From positions 40,352 through 104,351 of IMG/VR virus record IMGVR_UViG_3300027728_000006: 64,000 nt of DNA, one strand, 5' to 3'. The notes below the pieces were generated by a model, which was not told the origin of the DNA, did no database searches, and worked only from the letters and a program-made list of their open reading frames with translations. The translations under genes and the position numbers were made by a program. Shown here one piece after another: positions 9,112 through 19,137 of this stretch (position 1 is the stretch's first letter; each line of letters starts with the position of its first letter). Origin of the DNA: a virus.

Positions 9112-10248
9112 TTATATTTCTTCTATTTCTGGGATCATTACAAATAACCTGCCTGTATAGCCGTAATCTCTAAGAGACTTGGCTATGTAATCTTTAAAGT
9201 TATGCGCAAGTATAATAATATTATCTGGACAATATTCGGTTTTTATAATTTCCCTTGAGCAAATTTTAATACCAGTGCCAGGACTGAATTTGTTTTGCTT
9301 TTGAATTGTGTCGTCAATTATAAAATTAATATCTTCGTCTATTAATTTAAGGGAGTTCAAATAAATGCATCCCTTTGCTGCAGCGCCAAAGCAATAAGTT
9401 TTTCCGGTTAATTTTTTAATAAAAAGCTTATCTTCAATTAGTTTGTTTTTAATTACGCCTTGCCAATTTTTAAAATCAAAATCGTTTTCCTCTTTTAGGA
9501 AGGTATTTATCAAGTTTGTATTTTCAATGTCCGATTTAACGTTAGATGAGACTATTCTTAGCGAGCCACCATGAATCTCTTGTCGAGATATGTCTATTAT
9601 TTTTAAACCATATTTTTTAAATAATGAATATAAGGGTGTCAACAACCAGTAGAATACATGCTCATGATATATTTGATCAAATTGATTTGTTTTTACTGTA
9701 TCTAGAAAATAAGGAAATTCTAGTATCCATCTGCCATTTAAATTTTTTTGAATTCCATCTAGGAATTTTTCATAAAATGGATTGTGTTGAAAAACATTTG
9801 TGGATGTGATCAGGTCAAACTTATTTTCGAAAACCACATCTCCCCAGTAATTATTATAATAATTTATTCCACTTTTTTCATTATCCTCTTTAAAAGATTT
9901 GCTTGCGTCTACGTTGTGCAGGTTTAGTTTTTTATTGCTTTTTGATTGAAAGGCTTTAAGCAATGCCCCATCATTTCCACCTATGTCTACTATATTCTGT
10001 GGATCAAATTGTTTTGCATATTCCCACATAGCTTCACAATGTTTTATATATGGAACATTTATAGATGATCTGTATAAGTATTCTTCAAACATCTCTCCAG
10101 ATGGAATTTCAACATCTAGCTTCATTAATAAATTATCTTCTTCGATAATTTTCAATCCGAACGTCTTTGTGCTCAGGCTTTCCTGTTTTGTTTTACAAAG
10201 GTTATTTACTAGCGGTAGATTTCCAAGATTTATGATTTCTTTTTCCAT
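9112..10248 (-). CDS. NDP-hexose C-methyltransferase
   Basis: LGNLPLVN, YLYRSS, DIGGNDG, NVFQH, FDQIYHEH, IHGGSLR, GAAAKG and KQNKFSPGTGI motifs. Confidence 0.85.
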   Translation of the reverse strand: MEKEIINLGNLPLVNNLCKTKQESLSTKTFGLKIIEEDNLLMKLDVEIPSGEMFEEYLYRSSINVPYIKHCEAMWEYAKQFDPQNIVDIGGNDGALLKAFQSKSNKKLNLHNVDASKSFKEDNEKSGINYYNNYWGDVVFENKFDLITSTNVFQHNPFYEKFLDGIQKNLNGRWILEFPYFLDTVKTNQFDQIYHEHVFYWLLTPLYSLFKKYGLKIIDISRQEIHGGSLRIVSSNVKSDIENTNLINTFLKEENDFDFKNWQGVIKNKLIEDKLFIKKLTGKTYCFGAAAKGCIYLNSLKLIDEDINFIIDDTIQKQNKFSPGTGIKICSREIIKTEYCPDNIIILAHNFKDYIAKSLRDYGYTGRLFVMIPEIEEI

Positions 10249-10249
10249 A

Positions 10250-11104
10250 TTACCATTTCCAGTTTTTCAAACACCAATCTATTGATTCATTTACTTCAGA
10301 CATCTTTATGCCGGTCGAAAGTAATTTGCTATTATTTGTAATGCAATTCGAGCGAGGCATGGAGCTTATATGTTTATAAAAATTATCTATTGTTAGAAAA
10401 TTTGCTTTCTTGTTTGGAGTAATCGTATTTACCAACTTTTTGACTATCTCTATTGATGAAATGTGACCACTGTTAGTTATGTTATATGTGCCAAATGGTA
10501 TTTCTAATTTTATTGAATCTATGCAGGCTTTTACAAACTCAACCTTGTTTGAAAGTGAATTATTTTCTGACACAAGTGTATCGTAGTTAATTATTTTTGA
10601 AATGTAATTTCTATTATTATATTTATTTTCAAAAGGCAGTCTTATTCTCCATATGTAGCTTTTTTCATATGACGAAATATATTTTTCCGCTATGATTTTT
10701 GTGCCAGTATAGAAACTGCAATTATTAAATTTAAAGCTAAAGTTTGGCTCGTCTGCCTCTTGCCACCCATTTGCATTTGGAGCTTCTCCATTATATAAAC
10801 AACCGGTGGAAATATGGCAATATGCTATTTCAAGTTCTTGGCTTATTTCTTTTAATAAAATTGGTAAAACTACATTGCCGCTTATTGTTTCATCTTTTTG
10901 ATTTTCGCATGCTTCTATATTTGGTTTACCAACAAATGCGGCGCAATTGATTATATATTGAAAATTATGGGCTCTATGTATTTCAATTATATTTTTTTTA
11001 TTGGCTTCTTGATGCTGAAGCGTTCTATAGGGAATTGAGTTTTCTTCAAATTGTTTTTTAAATTCCGTACCTATGTACCCCGTAGAGCCTACTAGCAAAA
11101 TCAT
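10250..11104 (-). CDS. RmlD-like SDR, NDP-4-keto-6-deoxyhexose reductase (possibly bifunctional 3,5-epimerase/4-reductase)
   Basis: GSTGYIG, NCAAFVGKPNIEACE, STGCLY, FYTGTK (YxxxK) and RIRLPF motifs. Confidence 0.8.
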   Translation of the reverse strand: MILLVGSTGYIGTEFKKQFEENSIPYRTLQHQEANKKNIIEIHRAHNFQYIINCAAFVGKPNIEACENQKDETISGNVVLPILLKEISQELEIAYCHISTGCLYNGEAPNANGWQEADEPNFSFKFNNCSFYTGTKIIAEKYISSYEKSYIWRIRLPFENKYNNRNYISKIINYDTLVSENNSLSNKVEFVKACIDSIKLEIPFGTYNITNSGHISSIEIVKKLVNTITPNKKANFLTIDNFYKHISSMPRSNCITNNSKLLSTGIKMSEVNESIDWCLKNWKW

Positions 11105-11844
11105 ATCTTATATATGTGACTCCATGTATATTTATCTAAAATATTTGGTAGATCGTTAGGAAGGCAGGGTTCTATACTGTATGCGTCTGATGATTTTAAA
11201 TGCGTGGCAAGGTAACCTTCCAAACCATGCACGTCAGCATAAAATGTTTGCCAATTTTTTGAAAAAATTGATTTATTTTTAAACCAGAAAAATGCGCCGC
11301 TATAATGCCATGGAACGAACGACAACGCTGAATAGGGTCTATCTAATTTAAAAGTACCACAGCATTCATAATTTTCAAGTATATTGGAAATGTATTCGAA
11401 GTCATCCAAGTTTTTTGTATACATTGTATGAGGCCATAAGATGGATATTACTGACTCTCTTGCAGAATTATAGTGTGTGACCGATTTCGTGTGACCATAA
11501 AAGGTATACTCACTATCATCTAATGAATAAACAGATGGCATTAATTTTGTAATGAATGGATGAAGCTCATACCAGTTATTTGTTTCGGAATTTTTGGTAA
11601 AAAAGAACTTTATATCTGGAAAATCTTTGAAATATTCAGTTACAAATTTTTCTGCAAAATCCTGATCTTGATCAAAGTTTACATTTATTACCTTTTTTCC
11701 ATTAAATTTAACAAGATATTTTTTTAAATTAGATAGATTAAAGTATAGAATGGGATTTATATTCGTTAAACATAAGTGATATATCAAATTGTATTTAATA
11801 TTTTTCATTTTTATATTTTCCATTCTGTTAAAAATTGAGAGCAA
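11101..11844 (-). CDS. Putative glycosyltransferase-like protein
   Basis: FYGHTKSVTH and HYSGAFFW motifs; sits in the sugar cluster. Confidence 0.5.
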   Translation of the reverse strand: MLSIFNRMENIKMKNIKYNLIYHLCLTNINPILYFNLSNLKKYLVKFNGKKVINVNFDQDQDFAEKFVTEYFKDFPDIKFFFTKNSETNNWYELHPFITKLMPSVYSLDDSEYTFYGHTKSVTHYNSARESVISILWPHTMYTKNLDDFEYISNILENYECCGTFKLDRPYSALSFVPWHYSGAFFWFKNKSIFSKNWQTFYADVHGLEGYLATHLKSSDAYSIEPCLPNDLPNILDKYTWSHIYKI

Positions 11845-12485
11845 TAATCTACATTTTTAGGTGGGGCGTCTAAATACTCTCCATACCTATCTCCAATAAA
11901 TTCATTCTGTACGCTGGTAAATGGTAATATTGTTTCTATTGCGAGCCCTCTGTATTCGTCATATCCTTTTTCGCAAAAATTGTAAAAATTATCTAATTGA
12001 TCTTCGCATATGATTTGTATCCCAGATTCCGGAAAGCCATGTCTTCTACATGGAAATGAAGTCCATCCGCTTGTGAGGCTGTTTATATAATTTACAATTT
12101 TATCCGACATTAAGAATATGTCGGATTCTATATGTATGATTTTTTTATAATTAAATTTTTTCGCATATTCCGCAGCAAATGAAAAGCTTCTAAACCAACC
12201 TGGATAATCTAGTATACCTTTTCTTCCAAAATTGTTCTGGAAATAAAGTATAGAATTTTTGAAATCATCTGACTCTTTATTCGTATCTTGACAGGGAATT
12301 GCTTCAACGGATTTAATATTGGGAATGATTGGGCTTCCGTCATCTATCATTAATATTTTGTCAGTGTTTAAACTTATAGAGTTGTAAAATTTTAACCATT
12401 TTATATATCTATTATCCCAAAGATATTCGCTGTCAGAAAAACTAGTGCAAAATAATAAAGTTTTTAAATTATTCATACTCCTCAA
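11811..12485 (-). CDS. Putative GT-A fold glycosyltransferase-like protein
   Basis: IDDGS and HIESD motifs; sits in the sugar cluster. Confidence 0.5.
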   Translation of the reverse strand: MRSMNNLKTLLFCTSFSDSEYLWDNRYIKWLKFYNSISLNTDKILMIDDGSPIIPNIKSVEAIPCQDTNKESDDFKNSILYFQNNFGRKGILDYPGWFRSFSFAAEYAKKFNYKKIIHIESDIFLMSDKIVNYINSLTSGWTSFPCRRHGFPESGIQIICEDQLDNFYNFCEKGYDEYRGLAIETILPFTSVQNEFIGDRYGEYLDAPPKNVDYCSQFLTEWKI

Positions 12486-12702
12486 AATTAAGAAGCAATG
12501 GATTTGATTTTCTTGTGCTTTTCAGCGCAATTTTATTATTTAGTTCTGCTTCTGTTAGAACTACAATTTTTTCAGAGCCTCCAAAGAGAATATTTAAATC
12601 ATCTTTGTCAAGAACTTGATCTAGCAGGATATTAAAATCTACTTCTGAATTTATCTTATTACTTAAAGAAAGTGAAAATTTTTGAACATGTCCTTTTACC
12701 AT
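12469..12702 (-). CDS. Hypothetical protein
   Basis: ORF in operon. Confidence 0.5.
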   Translation of the reverse strand: MVKGHVQKFSLSLSNKINSEVDFNILLDQVLDKDDLNILFGGSEKIVVLTEAELNNKIALKSTRKSNPLLLNFEEYE

Positions 12703-12740
12703 TAATTATTATGGTAATGTAATGTTTTTTTTAAAATTTT

Positions 12741-13238
12741 TTAATCAATATTTTTAGTATATATATCAGAAACAAATTTAATAGCTTTATTGTAAATATC
12801 TTGATAATCTTCTGTGGATGGCATTGAGTAATTAGAGATGGCGTTCAAATAGTTCATTTTTTCATCTTTAAGTTTTTTATTTATTTCAAGCACTTCTACT
12901 TTTATTTGCTTATTGATATTTTTTTTCCAATTTTTTAAAAAAAAATCACTCATCGATTCATCTAAAGCTTCATTCCTTCGATCAGAACAAAATGCATTGA
13001 ACATAAAAAATACCATATTTGAAATAATGTCCTGAGAAAATCTTGCTTTTAATTGTTCTAAAACGGCGTTATTTGAAATTTTTATATTTTCAACAAGATT
13101 ATTAACATTAATGTCTTCTAATATCTCGCTTGGAAGGACTGATGGATCTTTTTTTTCGTTTTTATTTTTTTTCATATCTCGTTGAGTATATGACATATTA
13201 CACATTGAAATGTTGAAGTAAAGCGGATTACGCCTCAC
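12741..13238 (-). CDS. Hypothetical protein (start probably 13175)
   Basis: ORF; GTGTAATA motif at 13196-13203 precedes the ATG at 13175. Confidence 0.55.
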   Translation of the reverse strand: MRRNPLYFNISMCNMSYTQRDMKKNKNEKKDPSVLPSEILEDINVNNLVENIKISNNAVLEQLKARFSQDIISNMVFFMFNAFCSDRRNEALDESMSDFFLKNWKKNINKQIKVEVLEINKKLKDEKMNYLNAISNYSMPSTEDYQDIYNKAIKFVSDIYTKNID

Positions 13239-14883
13239 AACTTTTACAAGCCAAGATATTTCTCGACAGTTCCTGACTTGGAGACGCTGATCTTTGATAA
13301 TAAAACGTTTTAATACCCATTTTCCAACCTTCTATTAGTAAGGTGCTAACATCTTTAGCTGGGGTTGATGGTGGGATCATTATATTTAATGATTGACTTT
13401 GGTCAATATATTTTTGTCTTTGAGCAGCTTGAATAACAATTTCTTTCTGCGAAATTTCACCAAAAGTTTTAAACACGTCTCTTTCTTCTTGAGAGAGAAA
13501 ATCTAAATGCTGAACACTTCCTCCTTTTACCAAAATTGACTTCCACGTTTGGCTGTCGTCTTTGCCCTTTTGTGTTAAAAGTTTTTTAAGATATGGATTT
13601 TTATATGTAAAATTTCCTTTTGCAAGTTTATTAACAAAATAATTACTATTAAGAGGCTCAATTGATGGAGAAACTTGACCTAGTATAAAACTAGAAGAAG
13701 TCGTTGGGGCGATGGCTAGGGTAGTTACATTTCTACGCCCATATCCTTTCAATAGTTCCGGCTCGCCAAATATTACGGCAAGATCCTGTGTAGCCTTATC
13801 GGATTTCTCTTTGATAGTCTTCCATATTTGATTATTTAGGATTTTAGATTCTAGTGATTCGAATGATATCATCTTATCTTGAAGTAAGGAGTGCCAACCT
13901 AATACTCCCATACCCAACGCTCTTTGGTTCTTTGCAAACAAATGTGCAGTTTCCATAAATTTTATGGATTTTGATTTATATATAAATTCTTCGTTAACTG
14001 AATCTAAAAAATAAATTAAAGTTTCAATTGCGTCAGTTTCTTTGATTTTATCCCAATGAAGTAAATTGAGCGAAGAAAGAACGCAAACAAATGACTCCTC
14101 TTCCGAATTAGAAAGTTGAATTTCAGAGCAAAGGTTGCTGTGACTTATTTTCAGTCCCTTATCCTTATAAACACTTGGAGCATTATTATTAACGGTATCA
14201 GTGAATTGAATGTACGGGTAGCCAGTTTCAAACCTTTTTTTAATAATATTTGCCCAGGTTTTTCTTTTATCTTTATCTCCATCAACCATTTCTTGCATCC
14301 ACTTGTCAGTAATAGTGATACCAATGCTCATATTTTGAATCGAATGACCAATGGATCTAATCTGCAAAAATTCTTCAATATCGGGATGTTCAACTGGAAG
14401 GTATGCGGCAAATGACCCTCTTCGAGCAGAACCTTGAGAAATTACATCTGAAATAGTGCTGAACAGCTCCATGAAATGAACTGGACCGCTTGATTCTCCA
14501 CCAACGCTTATTTTTGTACCTCTTGATCTAAGATTTCCAAAAAAACCAGAAGTACCGCCGCCTAGTTTTGACATCATTCCAACTTCAGAAACTTTTGAAA
14601 GAATCGATTCCATTTTGTCAGATAAAAAAGAACCAAAGCAACTTACCGGTAACCCTCTACTGTTTCCAAAATTAGTCCAGACCGGAGTTGCTAAAGAATA
14701 AAAACCCATAGACATGTAGTTTTTAAATTTTTCAGCAAATCCATCGATTCCTAAAATTTTTTCTGCATTATGTGCAATTTGATCTACTCTTTGCTCAGGT
14801 GTAGTTTCGCCTTCGAGATAACCGCCTTTGAGAAATTGAACTGAATCTTCATTTAGCCAGTAATATTTTTGATTTGTATCCAT
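13228..14883 (-). CDS. nrdA: Class I ribonucleotide reductase alpha subunit (short form, no ATP cone)
   Basis: LATPVW, LPVSCF, GGGTS, SNLCSEI, IAPTTSSS, IDQSQSLN and C-terminal CKSCEA. Confidence 0.95.
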   Translation of the reverse strand: MDTNQKYYWLNEDSVQFLKGGYLEGETTPEQRVDQIAHNAEKILGIDGFAEKFKNYMSMGFYSLATPVWTNFGNSRGLPVSCFGSFLSDKMESILSKVSEVGMMSKLGGGTSGFFGNLRSRGTKISVGGESSGPVHFMELFSTISDVISQGSARRGSFAAYLPVEHPDIEEFLQIRSIGHSIQNMSIGITITDKWMQEMVDGDKDKRKTWANIIKKRFETGYPYIQFTDTVNNNAPSVYKDKGLKISHSNLCSEIQLSNSEEESFVCVLSSLNLLHWDKIKETDAIETLIYFLDSVNEEFIYKSKSIKFMETAHLFAKNQRALGMGVLGWHSLLQDKMISFESLESKILNNQIWKTIKEKSDKATQDLAVIFGEPELLKGYGRRNVTTLAIAPTTSSSFILGQVSPSIEPLNSNYFVNKLAKGNFTYKNPYLKKLLTQKGKDDSQTWKSILVKGGSVQHLDFLSQEERDVFKTFGEISQKEIVIQAAQRQKYIDQSQSLNIMIPPSTPAKDVSTLLIEGWKMGIKTFYYQRSASPSQELSRNILACKSCEA

Positions 14884-14949
14884 ATATAAAAATTTTATAC
14901 TTTAGAATAACAGAATTTTTACTGTTATCAAGCAAATAAAATTTAATTT

Positions 14950-15939
14950 TTAAAAAAGATCGTCTTCAGAAAACGACTGGGAGTTTTTTGAATATTCGGT
15001 CGGACGAGAATTGAAAAAATCAGTTTTGCCGTTGCCCAAAAGCTGCTCATCAAACCACATTGTTTTATGAATAGCATCTTTATCTACTTCAAATAATTTT
15101 GCAAATCCGATTTCAGACAATGCGTGGTTCATTCTGTTTTTAATAAACTCTTTTAAGAGGGGAGAGTTGAAAGTATCGTGATCGTATCCATTTACAATCC
15201 ATTCTATAATTTGACATTCATGCTCTATTGCTTCTTCAGCTTCTGAGCGAATTTTCTCTACAAGTTCTTCATCGAACAACTCTGGATATTCAGATCTAAT
15301 TGTATTGATGATTTTAATCCCTATTTTAGCGTGCAAATCTTCCTCTCTTGAGGTATATTCAACTTGTTTGTTTGTATCTTTTAATACGTTTTTAAATTTT
15401 CCAAACCAATTGATTGTATAAAATTGAGAAAAAAGAGCAATATTTTCTACAAACAGAGTAAAAAGAATAATGGAGTAAACGAATTGTTTTTTATTGTCTT
15501 CATGAAATCTACGAAGATACTTTTTAAGATAATTTACCCGCCCTTTGATAATCTTCTCTTTTAAGATCATGTCGAAAGAGTCTTCAATTCCAAGAACTTC
15601 AAGAAGCCTTGAATATGCATGACCGTGAATAACCTCTATATTAGCCATAACGTACCCAAGATCATTTAGGCTTGGGTGAGGCAAGTTGTCTCCAAGTTTA
15701 GCCCAAAACTTTTTAACAGAAATTTCTAATTGACCTATCGTTGACAAAGATCTGACAATAATTTCTTTCTCTCTTTCTGATAACTTGACTTTAAAATCTT
15801 GGATGTCAGACTGAAAATTGAATTCTATATCTGTCCAAAATCCATTATGCATCGCTAAAATAAAATCTTTAGACCATGGATAAAAATCTGGTTTCAAGGG
15901 GATAACTTCGTCAAATATTTTTACAGTTTTATTTTCCAT
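14950..15939 (-). CDS. nrdB: Class I ribonucleotide reductase beta subunit
   Basis: FW...E, EVIHGHAYS, FVENIALFSQF, EEDLH and DFFNSRPTEY motifs. Confidence 0.95.
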   Translation of the reverse strand: MENKTVKIFDEVIPLKPDFYPWSKDFILAMHNGFWTDIEFNFQSDIQDFKVKLSEREKEIIVRSLSTIGQLEISVKKFWAKLGDNLPHPSLNDLGYVMANIEVIHGHAYSRLLEVLGIEDSFDMILKEKIIKGRVNYLKKYLRRFHEDNKKQFVYSIILFTLFVENIALFSQFYTINWFGKFKNVLKDTNKQVEYTSREEDLHAKIGIKIINTIRSEYPELFDEELVEKIRSEAEEAIEHECQIIEWIVNGYDHDTFNSPLLKEFIKNRMNHALSEIGFAKLFEVDKDAIHKTMWFDEQLLGNGKTDFFNSRPTEYSKNSQSFSEDDLF

Positions 15940-16030
15940 ATTGTTTTAGTAATGGAAAATTACACGTTTTTTAGAACGATGTCAATAAGCGAAGAGATAT
16001 TGAAATAATAAACCAAATCAAGTGTATCTT

Positions 16031-16426
16031 TTAGTTTTCTATTGAAATTCCGAATTTTTTAAGCTTTTGGTTTGCTTTTGAGGTTTTTTGGTCTGCTAAT
16101 TGAGCAGAATGCTTGACGCCATTTTCTTTTTCGTAATTTTTATAAAATTGTTTTTTAACAGGATCAGACATTTCTCCACCACGCTTTTCAGAAAGCTCTT
16201 TGCTTTCTTTTAATAAGTCTCCGATTGTTCCTTTTTTGTTCCTACTTTTTTCTACAAAGCTTTTCGAGTTGTATGGGTCAATTCTAGAATCTATAGAAAT
16301 ATTAGGAGCAGAATAAATTCTTTCAAATTGAACTCCATCTTTTGAAAATTTATGCACTTCATTTACACTTTGAAATATTTCTACTAACTCGTCAGTTTCT
16401 GGATGCTTGTATAAATAAATGGGCAT
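16031..16426 (-). CDS. FmdB-like phage protein (zinc-ribbon-like N-terminus lacking Cys)
   Basis: MPIYLY..P N-terminus, ERIYSAP and KGTIGDL motifs. Confidence 0.5.
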   Translation of the reverse strand: MPIYLYKHPETDELVEIFQSVNEVHKFSKDGVQFERIYSAPNISIDSRIDPYNSKSFVEKSRNKKGTIGDLLKESKELSEKRGGEMSDPVKKQFYKNYEKENGVKHSAQLADQKTSKANQKLKKFGISIEN

Positions 16427-16427
16427 T

Positions 16428-17561
16428 TTATGACTCTACGATTTTAAGAATATGATCTAGCGAATTTGACCAAGTTAATTTCTTGGACATCTTTAATCCA
16501 TTTTCATTAACTGGATTAGACAAGAATCTTTTCTCCGCCTCTTCGCATGCTGAAATGAAATCATCTGGATTCCAATCAAAATAACTCCCTTGATTAAAGT
16601 CGAGTCCTTTTTTGAAGAAGACTCCGTCGTAGGCTTCTATTTTTCCACTTGGCTGGACCATAACTGCATTTTCATTATTAGCCCAATCTTTATAAGCATG
16701 AGCATTTAATACAACAGCATGTTTTCCAAGGCATACACTTTGGAATTCTGGAAGCCCCCACCCCTCTCCAGAGGACATTCCTATTGCAATGTCAGAATGA
16801 TTTAAAAAATCATTGTATAGAGAATTTGTAGGCATGAAACTAAGAAAATTAATATTAAAATAATTTACATTGCCTAGTATATTAGAAATAGCTTGATTCT
16901 GCTGATTTTGATCAAGAAATGGATTTTGAATGGCGCAATTTAATTCATACTTACTATTATTGCCATATTTCTTAGCCCAACTTTGTAACAGCTTGTGATG
17001 TTGCTTTCTTTTTTCCAACTTTCCGAAAAGAGCAAAACTGATCTTATCGTCTCTTGTTTTTTCACTTCTTGAAAAATGAAGGTTATCGAATCCAAGTGGT
17101 GCAAAATGAACGTTATTTAGCCCAACTGATTCAAATATGGCTTTTGTGTAATTAGAAGAAACTATTACGTTCTTTTGATTTCTTAAAATGTTTATTTCTG
17201 TTTCGGTTGGGGAATCAAGCTCATAAAATGTAAAAAGCGTTTGATTCTTTGAAACAGAAGACATTGATCCGTTTATATGCCAAAGTTTAATAGTGGAATT
17301 ATCCCTAGAGTGCCTAGCTTCGGACTTTGTTGAATTTTTTTGAAGCCAATTGAAAAATTCTGTATCTAACTTATCAAATGATGACAGGTCGGCTCGCTCT
17401 CCCATTGGGAAGAGGACGGGGTCAATGCTTCTTTGCTTTAAGGCATTAAGGATTCCGATTGCACAATTTCCAAAGGAAAGCCCGTTTATAGGAAGCTCTA
17501 AGGATAGATTCGGCATATTAAAATGGAATTTCGTCGGTGTCTTCTTGAGAGGGGATCTCAA
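16428..17561 (-). CDS. GT-B glycosyltransferase (GT4-like); start probably 17516
   Basis: GKLEKRK, SSGEGWGLPEFQ and TWSNS motifs. Confidence 0.85.
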   Translation of the reverse strand: MRSPLKKTPTKFHFNMPNLSLELPINGLSFGNCAIGILNALKQRSIDPVLFPMGERADLSSFDKLDTEFFNWLQKNSTKSEARHSRDNSTIKLWHINGSMSSVSKNQTLFTFYELDSPTETEINILRNQKNVIVSSNYTKAIFESVGLNNVHFAPLGFDNLHFSRSEKTRDDKISFALFGKLEKRKQHHKLLQSWAKKYGNNSKYELNCAIQNPFLDQNQQNQAISNILGNVNYFNINFLSFMPTNSLYNDFLNHSDIAIGMSSGEGWGLPEFQSVCLGKHAVVLNAHAYKDWANNENAVMVQPSGKIEAYDGVFFKKGLDFNQGSYFDWNPDDFISACEEAEKRFLSNPVNENGLKMSKKLTWSNSLDHILKIVES

Positions 17562-17808
17562 GAACCTTTGAGGTTGATTGCTGAGAAGAATTTTTCGTTT
17601 CTTGAGCAGCGGCTTTTTGTTCGGAAAGGTAAATCCTAAAATTAGGTGTGTTGTCTCCAGCCTTCTTGTATTGGTTAGAAAAAACCACGACTTCTACCCT
17701 TTCTCCGTTTTCAAGTTGGACGTAACCAGTTTTGAACTTATTGCCAGCCTTAGAGGTTTTTTCCCAAAGGGCTCCAATTTCTTTGTTTTCTTTATTTTTA
17801 TTTTCCAT
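17518..17808 (-). CDS. Small SSB-like protein with acidic IPF tail
   Basis: IGALW...G N-terminal beta domain; C-terminus EDTDEIPF resembles the SSB-Ct. Confidence 0.6.
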   Translation of the reverse strand: MENKNKENKEIGALWEKTSKAGNKFKTGYVQLENGERVEVVVFSNQYKKAGDNTPNFRIYLSEQKAAAQETKNSSQQSTSKVLEIPSQEDTDEIPF

Positions 17809-17818
17809 ATGAAATCCT

Positions 17819-17847
17819 ATTCTGATATATTTTTTATTTCAAGTCAA
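17819..17847 (-). promoter_or_regulatory. sigma70-type promoter
   Basis: TTGACT-17 nt-CAGAAT, 10 nt before the ATG at 17808. Confidence 0.45.
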
Positions 17848-18433
17848 TGTATTTTATATTATTTTTTGCAAATTTTATAAATTTATTATGCCAGTTTATC
17901 ACAGTTTGTATAGTTACCCCCATATCTTTTGCAATGTCCGTATACGTTGTATTTTTATTTGATAGATATTTTTTTTCAATTACTTTTTTTATTTTTTCGT
18001 TCCCAAATGATTTTATCAGGGTTTTGATTTTATCAATGTTTTCAGCATTTAACTCTTCGGTTTGTTTATTTTCACCAGTTCCAAAAATTTCATTCTCTTC
18101 CCCAGATTTATTTTCTATGAAGAAGTCAGCTTGAGATGGTATATTTTTTTTATTTTTATTTATACAATTCAAACAATAATATCTAGCTTGATTAGCCAAC
18201 CAGGTTGAAAACTTGCTTCCGTAAGATGGATCGTATGATCTAATCGAGTTGAAGATCACAAAGTTTTTACTCGATAAAATATCGTCTTTTACAAAAGAGG
18301 GGCACGCTAAGCTGTACGTATATTTTTTAAATACATCTATGCATATGCCGCTATGCATTTCTATTAGTTTTTCTGCAGAAAAACTATCTCCGTTTTTTGC
18401 CGCCTCTATTAAATTTTGCTCTAAGGTTTTCAT
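17834..18433 (-). CDS. Phage RNA polymerase sigma factor (sigma70 family)
   Basis: Region 2 AKNGD..YDPSYGSKFSTW; region 4 HTH TYTDIAKDMGVTIQTV. Confidence 0.85.
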   Translation of the reverse strand: MKTLEQNLIEAAKNGDSFSAEKLIEMHSGICIDVFKKYTYSLACPSFVKDDILSSKNFVIFNSIRSYDPSYGSKFSTWLANQARYYCLNCINKNKKNIPSQADFFIENKSGEENEIFGTGENKQTEELNAENIDKIKTLIKSFGNEKIKKVIEKKYLSNKNTTYTDIAKDMGVTIQTVINWHNKFIKFAKNNIKYIDLK

Positions 18434-19102
18434 TTAAAAAATATTTTTAATTTTACTGTTTATCAGGTTTATTGCTGGAATAGACTCAAAAATTATTGAG
18501 TTCTGCTCTTTCGAGCAAGTTTTCCACGTTAGGTTTAAATCTGCAATTGAAGCAATTTGAGGGAGATTTTTACTTTCTGATTCGTGGGCTGGCGGGATGC
18601 TGCTGCCATCATCGATGGTTCTATTTAATGTTATTATAATAGAATTCATATAAGATCTGATAAAGTCAGTTTCGTCCAATTCGAATTCTTTAAATCTAAG
18701 ATCCGAAACTATTGCAATATTACCGCCAGACGTAAAAAATGAATTTATCTCTGGCATCAGTTTTTTCCACCAATATGTCCCGTCGCTTAGCGATCTTTGA
18801 GACTGACCATAAGCAATCAAAATACTTCTTATCTTATTTTTGTCTTCGGTATCCTCTGTGAAAGCTGAGATACCAAATTTTTCTTTACAAAATGAATTGA
18901 GATCTTGCCTGAGAGCATAGGCAAAAGAAAATATCTTTGAGTTTAAACCCAGATGATTGGAGTACTCTGATAATACTTCGGACAAGGTATTCTTACCGCA
19001 TCTAGCAAATCCAGAAACCCCAATTATCAGTCCTGAGTCAAAATTTCTATTTTGAATCAGAAGCTCCGATAGGAGCTTTTTTTTGCTTTCTTTATCTGGC
19101 AT
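18434..19102 (-). CDS. Deoxynucleoside monophosphate kinase
   Basis: IIGVSGFARCGKNT, SFAYALR, SDLRFKE and HESE motifs. Confidence 0.8.
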   Translation of the reverse strand: MPDKESKKKLLSELLIQNRNFDSGLIIGVSGFARCGKNTLSEVLSEYSNHLGLNSKIFSFAYALRQDLNSFCKEKFGISAFTEDTEDKNKIRSILIAYGQSQRSLSDGTYWWKKLMPEINSFFTSGGNIAIVSDLRFKEFELDETDFIRSYMNSIIITLNRTIDDGSSIPPAHESESKNLPQIASIADLNLTWKTCSKEQNSIIFESIPAINLINSKIKNIF

Positions 19103-19108
19103 GGTGAT

Positions 19109-19137
19109 ACCATAGTATTAATTTTAATAATAGTCAA
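19109..19137 (-). promoter_or_regulatory. sigma70-type promoter heading the replication arm
   Basis: TTGACT-17 nt-TATGGT, then 6 nt, then ATG at 19102. Confidence 0.45.
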
